64,000 bases of DNA from Pristiophorus japonicus (taxonomy: Eukaryota): positions 45,818,001 to 45,882,000 of the forward strand of contig NC_091995.1 in the NCBI RefSeq assembly GCF_044704955.1, in the 5' to 3' direction. The notes beneath the pieces were generated by a model. It made no database searches. It was given only the letters and a program-made list of their open reading frames with translations, and was not told where the DNA came from. The translations under genes and the position numbers were made by a program. Shown piece by piece: positions 1-13,390 of the stretch (its first letter is position 1; the number at the start of each line of letters is the position of its first letter).

Positions 1-508
1 GGCACAAATATAAGGATGAAATAAAAAGGAGCGATTCATTGAGGGAAAGAAATAGATAGAAATGGAGAGAGATACAATGAAAGTCAGAGAGATAGAGACA
101 GGGAAAGAGAAAATGATAGAGACACAGATAAAAAGATATTGACAGCGGAGAGAGAGAAAGAGCAAGGGACAGTAATGTGTGTGAGAGAGACATGAGGAAA
201 GAGGGAGAGAGAGAGTGAGAACGAGAATGAGACATGGATAAAGACAGGGACTGAGAGAGAACGTGAAATAGAAACAGAGTGAGAGAGAGGGAAAGAGAGA
301 CAGAGAAAGAGAGGGAAAGAGAGAGGGAGGGAGACGGAGAGAGAGAGAGAGAAGGACAGACATATAGAGAAACAGGGAGAGTGAGGGAAACAAAGACAGA
401 GACAGGTACAGAGAGGGAAAGATGAAGAAACAGAGTGAAAGAGACAGGGAGAAAAAGAGAGAGAGAGCAAGACAGAGAGATGAAAGAGGGGAGAGAGAGA
501 AAGAGAGA
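1..508. repeat. GA-rich purine low-complexity tract
   Basis: Degenerate (GA)n/(GAGAGACA)n sequence; the overlapping ORFs are compositional artefacts. Confidence 0.9.
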
Positions 509-847
509 GTTACAGGACTCCGTAAACCAGGGATACATTCCCGGCCCCGGTCTGAGCGAGTCTGTAACAGTTACAGGACTCCGTAAACCAGCGATGCATT
601 ACAGGCCCGGTCTGAGGGAGTCTGTAACAGTTACAGGACTCAGTAAACCAGCGATACATTCCAGGCCTGGTCTGAGGGAGTCTGTAACAGTTACAGGACT
701 CAGTAAACCAGCGATACATTCCAGGCCTGGTCTGAGGGAGTCTGTAACAGTTACAGGACTCAGTGAACCAGCGATACATTCCAGGCCCAGTGTGAGCGAG
801 ACTGTAACAGTTACAGAACTCAGTAAACCAGGGATAGTTTCCAGGGC
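509..847. repeat. 60-bp minisatellite, about 5.6 copies, each with an internal near-perfect palindrome
   Basis: Unit GTTACAGGACTCAGTAAACCAGCGATACATTCCAGGCCTGGTCTGAGGGAGTCTGTAACA starts at 509, 570, 630, 690, 750, 810; unit junctions form CTGTAAC-A-GTTACAG. Confidence 0.92.
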
Positions 848-986
848 ATAGCAATGCGCAAACTGGAAACATGAGCATCAACTGAAAATTGTAAAGATAC
901 TCAGCACATCCTGCACCATGAGTGGAGAGATAAGGATAGTCTAGAAACTCAGCAATCAACTATGATATAATCTGCAGTAAAATTAT

Positions 987-1254
987 TGTAAAGTCCTGAC
1001 CCTGCAGTACAGACTTACATGAGGCACATGCTGAAGTCAAGGTCACTCTGGACCTGCACCTTTATTTCCCAGCTCTCGAGTGCCACACTTGCCTGAGACC
1101 TGCCTTTATATACCTATGTGGAACAGGTATGCAGTGTCTCCTGCAAGTGCACCCCTGGTGGTAAAGTATGCTTGTGGTTACAGGTCATATCTAGTTACAG
1201 TCATGTATAGCATGGTAAGATACAGTTATATACAGTACTGTGAGATACATGACA
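987..1254 (-). repeat. 3' LTR of the Gypsy element
   Basis: About 10 substitutions versus 5545-5812; adjacent minus-strand polypurine tract GGGGGAGGGTGA at 1255-1266; TATA-like (GGTATATAAAGG) and AATAAA on the minus strand. Confidence 0.95.
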
Positions 1255-1411
1255 TCACCCTCCCCCAAGGTCTTATTTTCTTTTAGATTCAGTCTCTCAG
1301 GTGGTCTATGCTCTCGCGTGGAGCGTCTTAGTAGTGGTTCAGTTGTTTGCCTTGGTGCCTGTTTTTTTTTCGGTGTGATTGCTGGTATCTCGCCTGGGCT
1401 GTCTGTTTCAT

Positions 1412-4400
1412 TCAGTATGATTGCTGGTATCTCACCTGGGCTGTCTGTTTCGATTGGTGTGATTGTTGTTGACTCGCCTGGGCTGTCTGTTGGGATTGCC
1501 CTTTCCTCAGGTTATTCCCTCTGTCTGTCCACAGGTGTGGTGTGAGTTCCACATTGTAGTCTGCCTCTGGTTCTGCAGTGTTGTTGGTGAATCTACTTTT
1601 TACTTGGTCTACATGCGTCCGGCAGGTTTGGCCATTGTCCATTTGTACAACCAGCAGCCTGTTTCCTTCCTTGCCTGTTACTGTCCCTGCAAGCCATTTG
1701 GGATCCCTGCCATAGCTTAGCACAGACACTTTGTCCCCTATCTCATTCCACCTCCCCCTCGAATTTCGGTCATGGTACTCAGTTAGCTTCCGGCATTTTG
1801 CCTCAACAATTTCATGCATGTCTGGGAGGATTAACGAGAGCCTAGTCTTTAAGGTCCGTTTCATCAATAGTTGCGCAGGGGGAACCCCAGTCAATGAATG
1901 CGGACAAGATCTGTATGCCAGCAGCAATCGCGACAGGCGGCTCTGCAGCGTAGGACCTTGGATTTTTAGCATGCCTTGTTTAACGAATTGCACTGCTCGC
2001 TCCACCTGGCCATTGGAGGCCGGCTTGAACGGTGCCGTCTTAACGTGATTTATGCCGTGGTCAACTATAAAATCTTGAAATCCTGCACTTGTGAAGCACG
2101 GACCATTATCACTGACCAATATGTCAGGAATTCCGTGCATTGCAAACATGATTCTAAGGCTCTCCACAGTGGTGGAGGTGGTGCTTGAGTTTAAAATGGT
2201 GCACTAGATCCACTTTGAAAATGCATCGACGACTACGAGGAACATTTTGCCCATGAATGGGCCTACATAGTCTACATGTACCTGCGACCAGGGTTTGGTG
2301 GGCCAGGGCCAGTGGCTTAGGCTGGCCTCCCTGGGGGCATTACTGAGTTGGGCACAAATGGTGCACTGCCTGATGCAGAGCTCCAAGTCCGCGTCAATGC
2401 CAGGCCATCAGACGTGGGATTTGGCTAAGGCCTTCATAAGGACGATCCCCGGGTGCTCGCGGTGAAGCTCCCTGACAAACGCCGTTCAGCCTCACAAGGG
2501 CATAACTACTCGGCTGCCCCACATCAGGCAGTCTGCCTGTGATGATAGTTCAAGCATGCGCCTATGGAAAGGTTTGAACTCCTCGGGGCAGGCATCACGA
2601 GCCTCTTCCCAGTCACCAGTTAAAAAACATTTTTTACTAAGGATAACGTGGGGTCGGTGGTCGTCCAGGCTCTAATTTGGCGAGCCGTCATGGGCGAACC
2701 TGTGGATTCAAAGGCATTGATTGCCATGACCATCTCACAGTCCTGTTCGTCGGACCCTTCCATAGTCGCCAGGGGTAGCCTGCTAAGCACGTCGGCACAG
2801 TTGTCTGTGCCTGGTCTGTGCCTTATTGTGTAGTCGTAAGATGCCAGCATGAGTGCCCACTGCTGAATACGCGCCGAGGTTTTGGCATTTATTGCCTTGC
2901 TCTCGGATAGCAGGGATGTGAGGGGTTTGTGGTCGGTTTCTAACGCAAACTTGACCCTGAAAAGGTATTGGTGCATCTTTTTGACACCATACACGCACGC
3001 AAGCGCCTCCTTCTCAACCATACCGTATCCGCGCTCCGCCCACGAAAGTGACCTGGAGGCATAAGCAATGGGTTGTAATTTACCCGCATCATTGACATGC
3101 TGTAAAACGCACCCGACCCCGTACGCTAACGCATCACATGTAAGGACTAGATTTTTAGCTGGGTCAAAAAAGGCTAAAACACTGTTGGAACATAGAAGGT
3201 TGCGTGCATTATTGAAGGCGCGTTCTTGGGCGTCCCCCCAAAACCAATCGCACCCCTTTCTGAGTAGCACGTGGAGAGGCTCCAGCAGCGTGCTCAAGTT
3301 CTGCATAAAGTTCTCAAAATACTTGAGTAGCCCGAGAAAGGCGCGCAGTTCCGAGACATTCCGGGGCCTGGGTGCCAGACGAATTGCTTCAGTTTTGGAT
3401 CCTGTTGGGCGGATTCCATCAACGGCAATCCTTCTGCCCAAAAAATTCAACCTCGGGTGCGAGAAACAGTCACTTGGATTTCTTAACTCTTAGGCCTACC
3501 CGATCCAATTGACTTTGTACTTCCTCCAAATTGCGAAGATTGGAATTGGTGTCCCTGCCCGTGATGTGTATGTCATCTTCAAACACAACCGTACCCGGGA
3601 TGGACTTGAGCAGACTCTCCATTTTGTGCTGGAATATAGCAGCTGCCGACCTGATGACGACTGGGCATCGATTGGACATAAAAAGATGTCGATATGTGTT
3701 GATGGTGGTGAGTAGCTTAGACTCTTTGGTCAGTTCTTGCATCATATACGCAGATGTAAGGTCTAGTTTCGAGAAAAGTTTTCCTCCAGCCAATGTGGCA
3801 AACACGTCCTCCGCTCTGGGCAGCGGGTATTGGTCCTGTAGGGAGACTCTGTTTATGGTAGACTTGTAATCCCCACAGATTCGTACAGATCCATCAGGCT
3901 TCATGACGGGAATTATAGGACTTGCCCAGTCGCTAAATTCCACGGCTGAGATATTGCCTTTCCGCAGAAGTCGGTCCAGTTCATGTTTAATCATTTCCCC
4001 TCACATAAGGCGCAGCTCTAGCCTTGTGATGGACCCGTCTGGCATCCTGTGTGATGTAGATTTTAACTTTAGCCCCTTTGAAGGTGCCCACCCCTGGCTG
4101 AAAGAGATGTTCAAAATGACTTAGAACTGTTGAGCAGGAGCTCCGTTCCTCTGAACACATGGCGTGAACATCATCCCATTTCCAATTTAGTTTTGCCAGC
4201 CAGCTTCTCCCCAACAGTACTGAGAGATCTCCAGGGACAATCCACAGGGGAAGTCGGTTCACCGTCCCTTTGTGTGTGACTGAGAGCATGGCGCTGCCAA
4301 GGACTGGGACAATTTCTTTGGTATAGGTCCTTAGTTTGGTGTCGATCCTTGTGAGTTTTGGTCTGTTGCTTTTGTGCGGCCACAGCTGTTCAAATTGTTG

Positions 4401-5509
4401 GACGCTCATGAGAGATTGACTAGCTCCCGTGTCCAGTTCCATGTTGACGGGTATCCCGTTGAGTAGGACCCTTATCATTATTGGAGGCGTCTTGTTGTAA
4501 GAACAGTGGACATTGATCGTATTGACCCGCTGTACCTCGGCGTCCCGGACACTGTCCCCACCGTCTTCTGGTCTGCTTTCCGACCCTTCTGATTCGTATA
4601 CCAGCCGAGCTGCTGTTTTTCTGCACATGCGAGCCAGATGGCCTGTATAGTTGCAGTTTCTGCAATCAGCATGATGAAATCAACACCCACTTGTTGAATG
4701 CCTTCCCCCACATCTCCAGCACAGACCACTTCCATTGTTTCCGAAGGATGAGCTGCGTCTGGCTGGTCTCTCTTGAGCTTCTCTCAGTCTGTAGTTGATT
4801 ACTCGCATTGTGGGTTGATGAGGTGTGAACGGCCGTTCATGTGGCCCTTGATGGCTTCTGGCGCCACTGCCTGCTGTTGAAGGACTGCTCTCCTGCCTTT
4901 GTCTGTTTGTGGGGGTAGCGGCTGTTTCACGCTGTGAACCACTTGTTCCGATGTTTCGTTAGTTGTTGTACCCGCAGTATAGATCAACCTCGTTTCTTCT
5001 TCTCCTGCTAAGAATGTCTGTGTGACCAGTACTGCTGTCTCTAGGGTCCAATTCTTGGTCTCTATAAGCTTTCGGAATATGCCTGTGTGGCCTATTCCTT
5101 CAATAAAAAAGTCTCTCAATACTTCTCTCCTTAGTTCATCGGAGAACTCACATAAACTAGCTAGCCTCCAAAGTTCCGCCACAAAGTCGGGTATACTCTG
5201 GCCCACACAGCGTCTGTCGTTGTAGAACCTGTGTCTGGCCATATGTCGGCTGCTCGCTGGCTTCAAGTGGTCTCTCACCAGTGTGCTCAACTCCTCAAAC
5301 GACTTGCTTGCTGGTTTCTCGGGTGCCAGCAGGTCCTTCATTAAGGCGTATGTTTCCGAGCCACAGCTGGTCAGGAGATGGGCTCTTCTCTTGTCTGCCT
5401 TATCGTCGCCCAACCAGTCTTTGGTTACAAAGCTTTGCTGGAGCCTTTCTATAAAGTCCTCCCAATTGTCTCAAGCATTGTATTTCTAATCTGAGCCGTT
5501 GGTAGCCAT
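1412..5509 (-). pseudogene. Disrupted gag-pol of the Gypsy element
   Basis: ORF fragments 4799-5413 (gag), 3987-4628 (protease), 3470-3994 (RT), 2620-3450 (RT/RNase H), 2204-2386 and 1412-2167 (integrase); probable ATG at 5509 followed by an early TAG. Confidence 0.92.
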
Positions 5510-5544
5510 TCTGTGGATTCTGTGATCCCGTAACTCATCGCCAC

Positions 5545-5812
5545 TGCAAAGTCCTGACCCTGCAGTACAGAGTTACACGAGGCACATGCTGAAGTCAAGG
5601 TCCCTCTGGATCTGCACCTTTATTTCCCAGCTCTCGAGTGCCACACTTGCCTCAGACCTGCCTTTATATACCTGTGTGGAACAGGTATGCAGTGTCTCCT
5701 GCAAGTGCACCCCTGGTGGTAAAGTATGCTTGTAGTTACAGGTCATATCTAGTTACAGTCATGTATAGCATGGTAAGATACAGTTATATAGAGTAGTGTG
5801 AGATACATGACA
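5545..5812 (-). repeat. 5' LTR of the Gypsy element
   Basis: Direct repeat of 987-1254; followed on the minus strand by a PBS-like TGGCGATGAGTTACGGGAT (about 5525-5543) resembling the complement of the tRNA-Ser(GCU) 3' end. Confidence 0.95.
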
Positions 5813-5984
5813 ATTATTTTTTCTGCTGTGTTAATGATTTGTGGATTCTAACTCTGGGAACCTGTGTGGAGACTGATAAATCTTGATATTTATTGGAACC
5901 GTTAAACATTTTAAAATAACCGGTTCACTGCCTCCTGTAAAATACCACATGAACGAATTTTTCTTCGCATCCACAGCATACCTG

Positions 5985-7800
5985 CAACCTCCCCATCCAC
6001 TCTCCCCCTGTCCCCTCCCTCCCCTCTACGCTCTCCCCTCCCCATCCACTCTCCCCCTGTCCCCTCCTTCCCCTCCACTCCGTCCCCTCCCCATCCACTC
6101 TACCCAGTCCCCTCACTCCCCTCCACTCCGTCCCCTCCCAATCCAATCTCTCCCTGTCCCCTCCATCCCCTCCACTCCGTTGCCTCCCCATCCAATCTCC
6201 CTTTGACCCTTCCCTCCCCTCCACTCCGTCCCCTCCCTCCCCACCACTCTGTACCTGCCCCATCCTTCTCTCCCTGTCCCCTCCCTCCCCTCCACACCAT
6301 CCTCTCCCCATCCATCTCTCCCTGTCCCCTCCCTCCTTTCCCTCCACTCTGTCACCTCCCCATCCATCTCTCCCTGTCTCCTCCCTCCATCCCCTTCACT
6401 CTGACCCCTCCCCATCCATTCTCTCCCTGTACCCTCCCTCCCCTACACTCCATTCTCTCCCTCATCTCTGTCCCCTCTCCTTGATCCCCACACTCCATCC
6501 CCTGCACTCTGTCCCATCCACTCTCTCGCTTTTCGCTCCCATTTCACACCACTTCTTTACCCCACTCCGCTCCATTCCCTCCCTACCCCTTTTCCAGCTC
6601 CCCATCCACTCTCTCCCGTCCCCCTCCCCTTCCTCTCCACTCCATTCTCTTCCTCTCCTTTGTCCCCTCCCCTTGCTCCCCTCCCCTCAACGTTGTCCCA
6701 TCCGCTCTCTCCCTGTTCACTCTCATTCCACACCACTACATTATCCCCACCTGTCCCCTCCCTTTGATCCTCCCCCTCCCCTCCACTCCATCTCCTCTAC
6801 TTTCTCCCCTCCTATCCGTCCCCTCTACTGGATACACTTCCCATCCAATCTCGCCTTCCCCCAAATTTTCTTTGTCTCCTTCCACTCTCTCCCCTTCTCT
6901 CTGTCCCTCATATCCAGTCTACCACTTCAGCTCTCCACTCTCCCCTCACATCCATACTCTCCTTGTCCATCTCCTTTATCTCCCTGCTCTTCACTCTACC
7001 TATATCCTCCACTCTCTCACTCCCCCTCTCTCCTTCCCCTTCACTGCTCCTATCCCCTCCACTCGCCCACTCCAGCTCCCCAATCTCTCCCTAACATCCA
7101 CTATACCTCTCCCCCTGTCCCCCTCTCCCTCCCCTTCACTCCTCCTATCCCCTCCATGCTCCCACTTCAGCTCTACAATCTCTCCCTCACATCCACTCTC
7201 CCTCTCCCCCTGTCCCATCTCTCACTCCCCTTCACTCTATCCGTCCCCACCACTCTCCCACTCCACATCTCCCGTTTCCTCCTCTTCAGTCTCTCCTCGG
7301 CTCCACTCTCCCCACACCTCTCTACTCTCCCCCCTCTCCTCTTTCTCCCACCCCTTCACTCTCTCCTTTCCCTCCACTCTACACAATCCACTCTCTCCCA
7401 CCCCTCCACTCTCCACCTCGCCCTCTCCAATTTCCCCAACCCCTCTCCACACTCTCATGCCTCTTCACTCTCCTCCCTCCCCTTGAGTCTCTTACCTCCG
7501 TTCTGGTATCTCCCCTCCTTCCACTGTATCCCTCCCCCACATTTTGCTCTCTCCCTACATTCTCTCCCTCTCCCTCCACACACTCCCTCCCCATCCTGTG
7601 AGTCTCAAATATTTCAGGATACTTTTCAATTAATACTGAATCAGAGACAAAGAAAGAGAAAGAGACATGGGCACAAAGAGAGAGAGAAAGGAGGGGGGGC
7701 GGCTGCGGGGGGGGGGGTGGTGGGCGGAGTCAGAGAGAGAGAGACAGAGAGAGAGAGAGATAATAATACAAGGACAGGGAGAGAAACAAAGAGTGAGATA
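5985..7800. repeat. Long polypyrimidine (CT/CCT) tract followed by a GA-rich tract
   Basis: About 1.6 kb of nearly G-free C/T-rich sequence, then GA repeats and a G-run near 7707-7718; the P/S/L-rich ORFs are artefacts. Confidence 0.9.
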
Positions 7801-7929
7801 TAGAGTAGAAGGAGAGCAAGCTGGCTACAAAGCAGCACACAGTGAAGAGTGGGTGAGGGTAGTTAATCAGACTGATGGAAGGTGGGGAGTGGTGTTCCAC
7901 TGGGATCGGTGCCGGGAACACTGCTGTGC

Positions 7930-10900
7930 ACCATTTACATAAACAATTTGTACAATTTCGACATTTGCGGATGGCACCAAATTGGGGAATACAGTTAGCA
8001 CTGAGGAAGACTGTTATAAAATTAGATTTTAATAACCTTGCAGAATGTGAGCGTAAATGACTACTGAATTTCTATATAAATAAGTGTGAGGTGGTGTATT
8101 TTGGTAGGAGGGATAGGGATGTCACACACATCTTGAAAATTAATTGTCTAAATGGGTAGAGGACAAAGGGACATAATGGTAAACATTCAGAAATCATTAA
8201 AAGTAGCAACGTAAATTAATAAGGCCATGAAATGCAAAGTAAGCACTGTGGCAGGGTAGCCTTGAGGAACAGTTCATAGAGTGTATCCGGGATCATTTCC
8301 TTGTGGAACCAACCAGGGAGCAGGCGATCTTAGATCTGGTACTGTGTAATGAGACAGGATTAATAAATGATCTGCTAGTAAAGGATCCTCTGGGAATGAC
8401 TGACCATAACACGGTTGAATTTCAAATTTAGTTAAAGGATGAGAAAGTTGGATCTCAAACCAGTGTCCTAAACTTAAATAAAGGAGACGACAAAGGTATG
8501 AGGGCAGAGTTGGCTAAAGTGGACTGGGAAAATAGACTAAAGAATGGGACGGTTGATGAGCAATGGCAGACATTTAAGGAGATATTTCATAACTCACGAC
8601 AAAAAATATATCCGAATGAGAAGGAAAGGCTGTAAGAGAAGGGATAGCCATCTGTGCCTAACTTAGGAAATAAGGGATGGTATCAAATTGAAAACAAGGG
8701 CATACAATGTGGCCAAGACTAGTGGGAGGCCAGAGGATTGGGAAACTTTTAAAAGCCAGCAAAGAACGACTAAAAAAATTATAAAGAGAGGAAAGATAGA
8801 TTATGAAACTAAACTAGCACGAAATATAAAAACAAATAGTAAGAGTTTCTACAGGTACATAAAAAGGAAATGACTGGCTAAAGCAAATGTTGGTCCCCTC
8901 GAGGATGGGCCTGGGGAATTAATAATGGAGAATGGGGAAATGGCAGAGACATTGAACAATTTTTTCTTATCGGTCTTCACAGTAGAAGACACTAAAACAT
9001 CGCAATAGTGGATAATCAAGAGGCTTTAGGGAGGAGGAACTTAATAAATCCACTAACACTACAGAAGTAGAATTCGGTAAAATATTGGGACTAAAGGCAA
9101 ACAAGTCCCCTGGGACTGATGGCTTACATCCTCGGGTCTTAAAATAAGCAGCTGTGGAGATAGTGGATGCATTGGTTGTGACCTACCAAAATTTACTGGA
9201 TTCTGGGGCGGTCCCAGCGGATTGGAAAACCGCAAATGTAACGCTCCTATTTAAAAAAGCAGGCAGATGAAAAGCAGGAAACTATAGGCCAGTTAGCCGA
9301 ACATCTGTCGTTGGGAAAATGCTGGAGCCCATTATTAAGGAAGCAGTAGCGGGACATTTGGAAAAGCATAATTCAATCAAGCAGAGTTAGCATGGTTTTA
9401 TGAAAGGAAAATCATGTTTCACACATTTGCTGGAGTTTTTTGAGGATGTAACGAGCAGGGTGGAAAAAGAGGAACCAGTGGATGTGGTGCATTTGGATTT
9501 CCCAAAGGCAATCAATAAGGTGCCGTATTAAAGGTTACTGCACAAGATAAAAGTTCACGGGCTTGGGGGAAATATATTAACATAGATGAAGGATTGGTTA
9601 ACTAACAGAAAACAGAGAGTGACGATAAATGGGTCATTTTCCGGTTGGCAAACTGTAACTAGTGTGGTGCCGCAGGGAGCGGTGCTGGGGCCTCAGCTAT
9701 TTACAATCTATAGTAATGACTGGGATGAATGGACCGAGTGTAATTTTGCCAAGTTTGCTGATGATACAAAGCTGGGTGGAAAAGCAAATTGTGAGGAGGA
9801 CACAACAAATATGCAAAGGCATATAGACCGGTTAAATGAGTGGGAAAAAATGGCAGATAGAGTATAATGTGAGGTTATCCACTTGGCAGAAATAATAGAA
9901 AAGCAAATTATAATTTACGTGGAGAAAAATTTCAAAGTGCTGCAGTAAAGAGAGATCTGCGGGTCATTGTGCATGAAACGCAAAAAGTGAGTACGCGGGT
10001 AAACCAATATTCAGGAGAGCAAATGGAATGTTGGCCGTTATTGCAAGGGGAATAGAGTATAAAAGCAGAGAAGTCCTCCTACAATTGCACAGGTTATTGG
10101 TGAGGCCATACCTGGAGCACTGCGTACAGTTTTGGTGTCCGTATATAAAGAAGGATATACAGTACTTGCATTGGAGGCTGTGCAGAGACGGTTCACTAGA
10201 CTGATTCCGGAGATGATGGGGTTGAATTATGATGATAGGTTGAGTAGTTTGGGCCGATACTCATTGGAGTTCAGAAGAATGAGAGGTGATCTTTTCGAAA
10301 CATATAAGATAATGAGGGGGCCAGACAAGGTGGATGCAGACAGGATATTTCCACTCATAGGGGAAACTAAAACTAGGGGATATAGTCTTGGAATAAGAAG
10401 CTGCCTGTTTAAAATTGAGATGAGGAGGAATTTCTCCTCGTAGAGGGTTGTAAATCTATGGAATTCTCTGTCACAGAGAGCTGTGGAGGTTGGAGCATTG
10501 AATATATTTAATGCTGAGATAGACAAATTTTTGAGTGATAAGGGAATATGGGGTGCAGCCAGGAAAGTGGAGATGAGTCCATGATCAGATCAGACATGAT
10601 CTTATCAAATGATGGAGCAGGCTCGAGGGGCGAGATGGCCAACTCCTGTCCCTATTTCCTATGTTCTTATGATAATTTCTAGAGGAATAGAATCGAAAAA
10701 AAGGAAGTTATGTTCAATGTACTGAACCTTGGTTAGGCTACACTGGTCTCCATATTACAGAAAGGATATAGAGGCACTGGAGAAGCTGCAAAAAATATTT
10801 AAAAGGATGATACCAGAACTGAGAGGTTATTACTATGGGGAAAGACTGAACAGGCTGGGGCTTTTTTCTCTGGAAAAGTGAAGACTGAGAGGTGAGATGA

Positions 10901-11170
10901 TAGGGGGTTTTAAGGTTTGATGGAATAGATGTAGAGAAGTCATTTCCACTTGTGGGGAACCAAAACTAGCGCGCATAAAAGTAAGATAGTCAATTGTAAA
11001 TCCAATAAAGCATTCAGGAAAAAATTTTTTACCCAAAGGATGGTTAGAATGTGCAATTTGCTGCCACATGGAGTAGATAAGGTAAATAGCATTGAAATCT
11101 CAAAGGGGAAGCGAGATGAGTCCATAAAGGAGGAAGGAAGATAAGGCTATGCTCTTTGGGTTAGATGAAG
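7930..11170 (+). mobile_element. Old CR1 LINE 3' fragment split by a younger CR1 insertion
   Basis: RT-like text (FADGTKLG) at 7960-8248 resumes at 10672 (TTTCTAGAGGAATAGAA...) and runs to about 11170. Confidence 0.7.
8249..10671 (+). mobile_element. CR1 LINE, 5'-truncated (late endonuclease, RT, 3' UTR)
   Basis: Motifs KSPGTDG, GNYRPVS, HGFMKGKSC, VPQGAVLGP, FADDTKL, LEFRRMRGDL; typical 3' UTR ending CCTATTTCCTATGTTCTTATG. Confidence 0.93.
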
Positions 11171-11639
11171 TAGCTATCTATTTTTTTCAAAGCACCTCAC
11201 GTAATTCTGGGCACAGCATTCCACATTGTCACAATACATTGTGTGAAAATATTGTTCCTGGATTCAACTGGAACTGGTTTTAATCATACCAGTACGTGAA
11301 TTTAAATTTACAAGTTAATTTATTTGGGTAAGAAAATGCAAACATACCAGTTTCCTGTCAAGGACATATCACAGGCAGATAAAAATTTCTAGGTACATCA
11401 TCCAACAGCCAGCACTGGTTAATTATGTGAACAAAACCATTACATTGACTGATAGCACTACAACTTAAAAACATTTAACTGATTCGTGATTGTCCAATCT
11501 ACTGTTTCCAATTCGATTTTATTGGGTTGTTTTGTAGTTTTCTGATACCTCCCTATAGAATCTTGTGCAGAAAATGGGCATAACTTGGAATTAAGAGATA
11601 CACATCTATACATGCAGGAATAATGAGTGTTTCAATGGA

Positions 11640-13390
11640 TAAGGGGAAACAGTGGATAAGGGGGAACCAGTGGATGTGGCGCATTTGGATTTCCAGAAAG
11701 CATTCGATAAGTTGCCACATAAAAGGTTAATGCACAAGATAAAATTTCACGGGGTTGGGGGCAATATATTAACATGGACAGAGAATTAGCTAACTAACAG
11801 AAAACGGAGAGTCACGATAAATGGGTGAATTTCCGGTTGGCAAACTGTAACTAGTGTGATGCCACAGGGATCGGTGCTGGGGTCTCAACTATCTACAATC
11901 TGGATGAAGGAACTGAGTGTAATGTAGCCAAGATTGCTGATGATGCAAAGATGAGTGGGAGAGCAAATTGTGGGGACACAAAACATCTGCAAAGGGATAT
12001 AGACAGGCTAAGTGAGTGGGCAAACAATTGGTAGATAGACATTAATGGGGGAAAGCATGAGTTTCTCCATTTTGGCCGAAAAAATAGAAGAGCAAACTAT
12101 AATTTAAATGGTGAACAATTTCAAAGTGCTACAGTACAGAGGGATCTGGGGGTCCTTATGCATGAAACACAACAAGTTAGTATGCAGGTAAAGCAAATGA
12201 TCAGGAAGGCAGAGTAATTTAACATTGGGAAGCCTTCAAAGAGAGGACGTTTCGGGTACCTATTGAACACATTCGATCGAGGGGAAAAGGAAGGGCATCC
12301 AAAGCTAGAGCTTCCTGGGTGACTGATCATATAGAGATTACAATGGGACAGAAAGAGGAGCCTTATGACAAATATCAAGTTCATAATACAGTAGGGAATG
12401 AAGCTGAATACAGATAGTACAGAGGAGATCGAAGTAAAGAATAAGGAGATCAAATGGAGAGTATGAGAGTAGATTAGAAACTAACATAAAAGGTAAAATA
12501 AAAGCATTTTATAAATATAAAGAATAACAGGCTTGTCACAGGAAGGGACCAAAAAGGAGATATTCTTATGTAGGGAGAACATAATTGAGTTAATATATTA
12601 ATACTTTGCACCTGTATGCCACAACATTTGAAGGTGGCAGGACAAGTTGAGAAGGCTGTTAAAACGATGGGATCCTGGGCTTTATTAATACCGGAATAGA
12701 GCACAAAAGCAAGGAAGATATGCTAAACCTTTATAAAACACTGATTAGGTCTCAGTTGAAATAATATGTTCAATTTTGGGCACCAAACTTCAAGAAGTAT
12801 GGGTCACAACGTTGGAGAGGGTGCAGAAGAGATTTACTAGAATGGTACCAGGGATGTGGAACTTCAGTTACGTGGAGAGACTGGAGACGCTGTGGTTGTT
12901 GTCCTTAAAACAGAAAAGATTCAGAGGAGATTTTATAGAGTTGTTCCAAATAATGAACGGTTTTAATAGAGCAAGTCAGGAGAAACTATTTCCAGTGGCA
13001 CAAATATCGATAACCAGTGGTCAGAGATTTAAGATGATTGGCAAAAGAACCAGAGGAGACTTGCAGGAACAATTTTTACACAGTGAGTTGTTGTTATCTG
13101 TAATTCACTGAATGAAAGGGTGATGGAAGCAGATTTAACAGTAAATTTGAATTTGGATTTTGACAAATATTAAAGGGACCACAAGACAACAGGGCTACGG
13201 GGAAAGAACAGGTGAGTGGGACTAAATGGTTAGCTCTAGAACAGAGCAGACATAGGCACAATGGCCCGAATGGCCTCCATATATGCTGTATAATTCTCTG
13301 ATTAGATGGAGTTAAATACAGATCAGCCATGGTCTATTTGAGTGGTAGAAAAAGGCTCGAGGGACTGAATGGCCTCCTCCTATTCCTAAA
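11640..13390 (+). mobile_element. Cluster of decayed CR1 fragments
   Basis: RT segment 11640-12210 (DFQKAFDK, PQGSVLG), linker segment, 3' segment 12610-13310 (LERVQKRFTRMVPG) and a second 3' tail to about 13390. Confidence 0.85.

Larger units (their letters stand above)
987..5812 (-). mobile_element. Full-length, decayed Ty3/Gypsy LTR retrotransposon (Mag-like)
   Basis: Two 268-bp TG...CA LTRs (987-1254, 5545-5812); ATTAT TSD at 982-986 and 5813-5817; minus-strand gag with Zn knuckles, protease (LDTGAS), RT (LDLTSAY, FEDDI), RNase H (LTCDA, TDHKPL), integrase (HVDY, VVDAFSKW, SDNG, NGQVER) in Gypsy order, broken by stops and frameshifts. Confidence 0.96.

Noticed and set aside
5883-7803. 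Long Pro/Ser/Leu-rich ORFs (up to 440 aa)
   Set aside because: They come from a polypyrimidine tract that lacks stop codons by composition.
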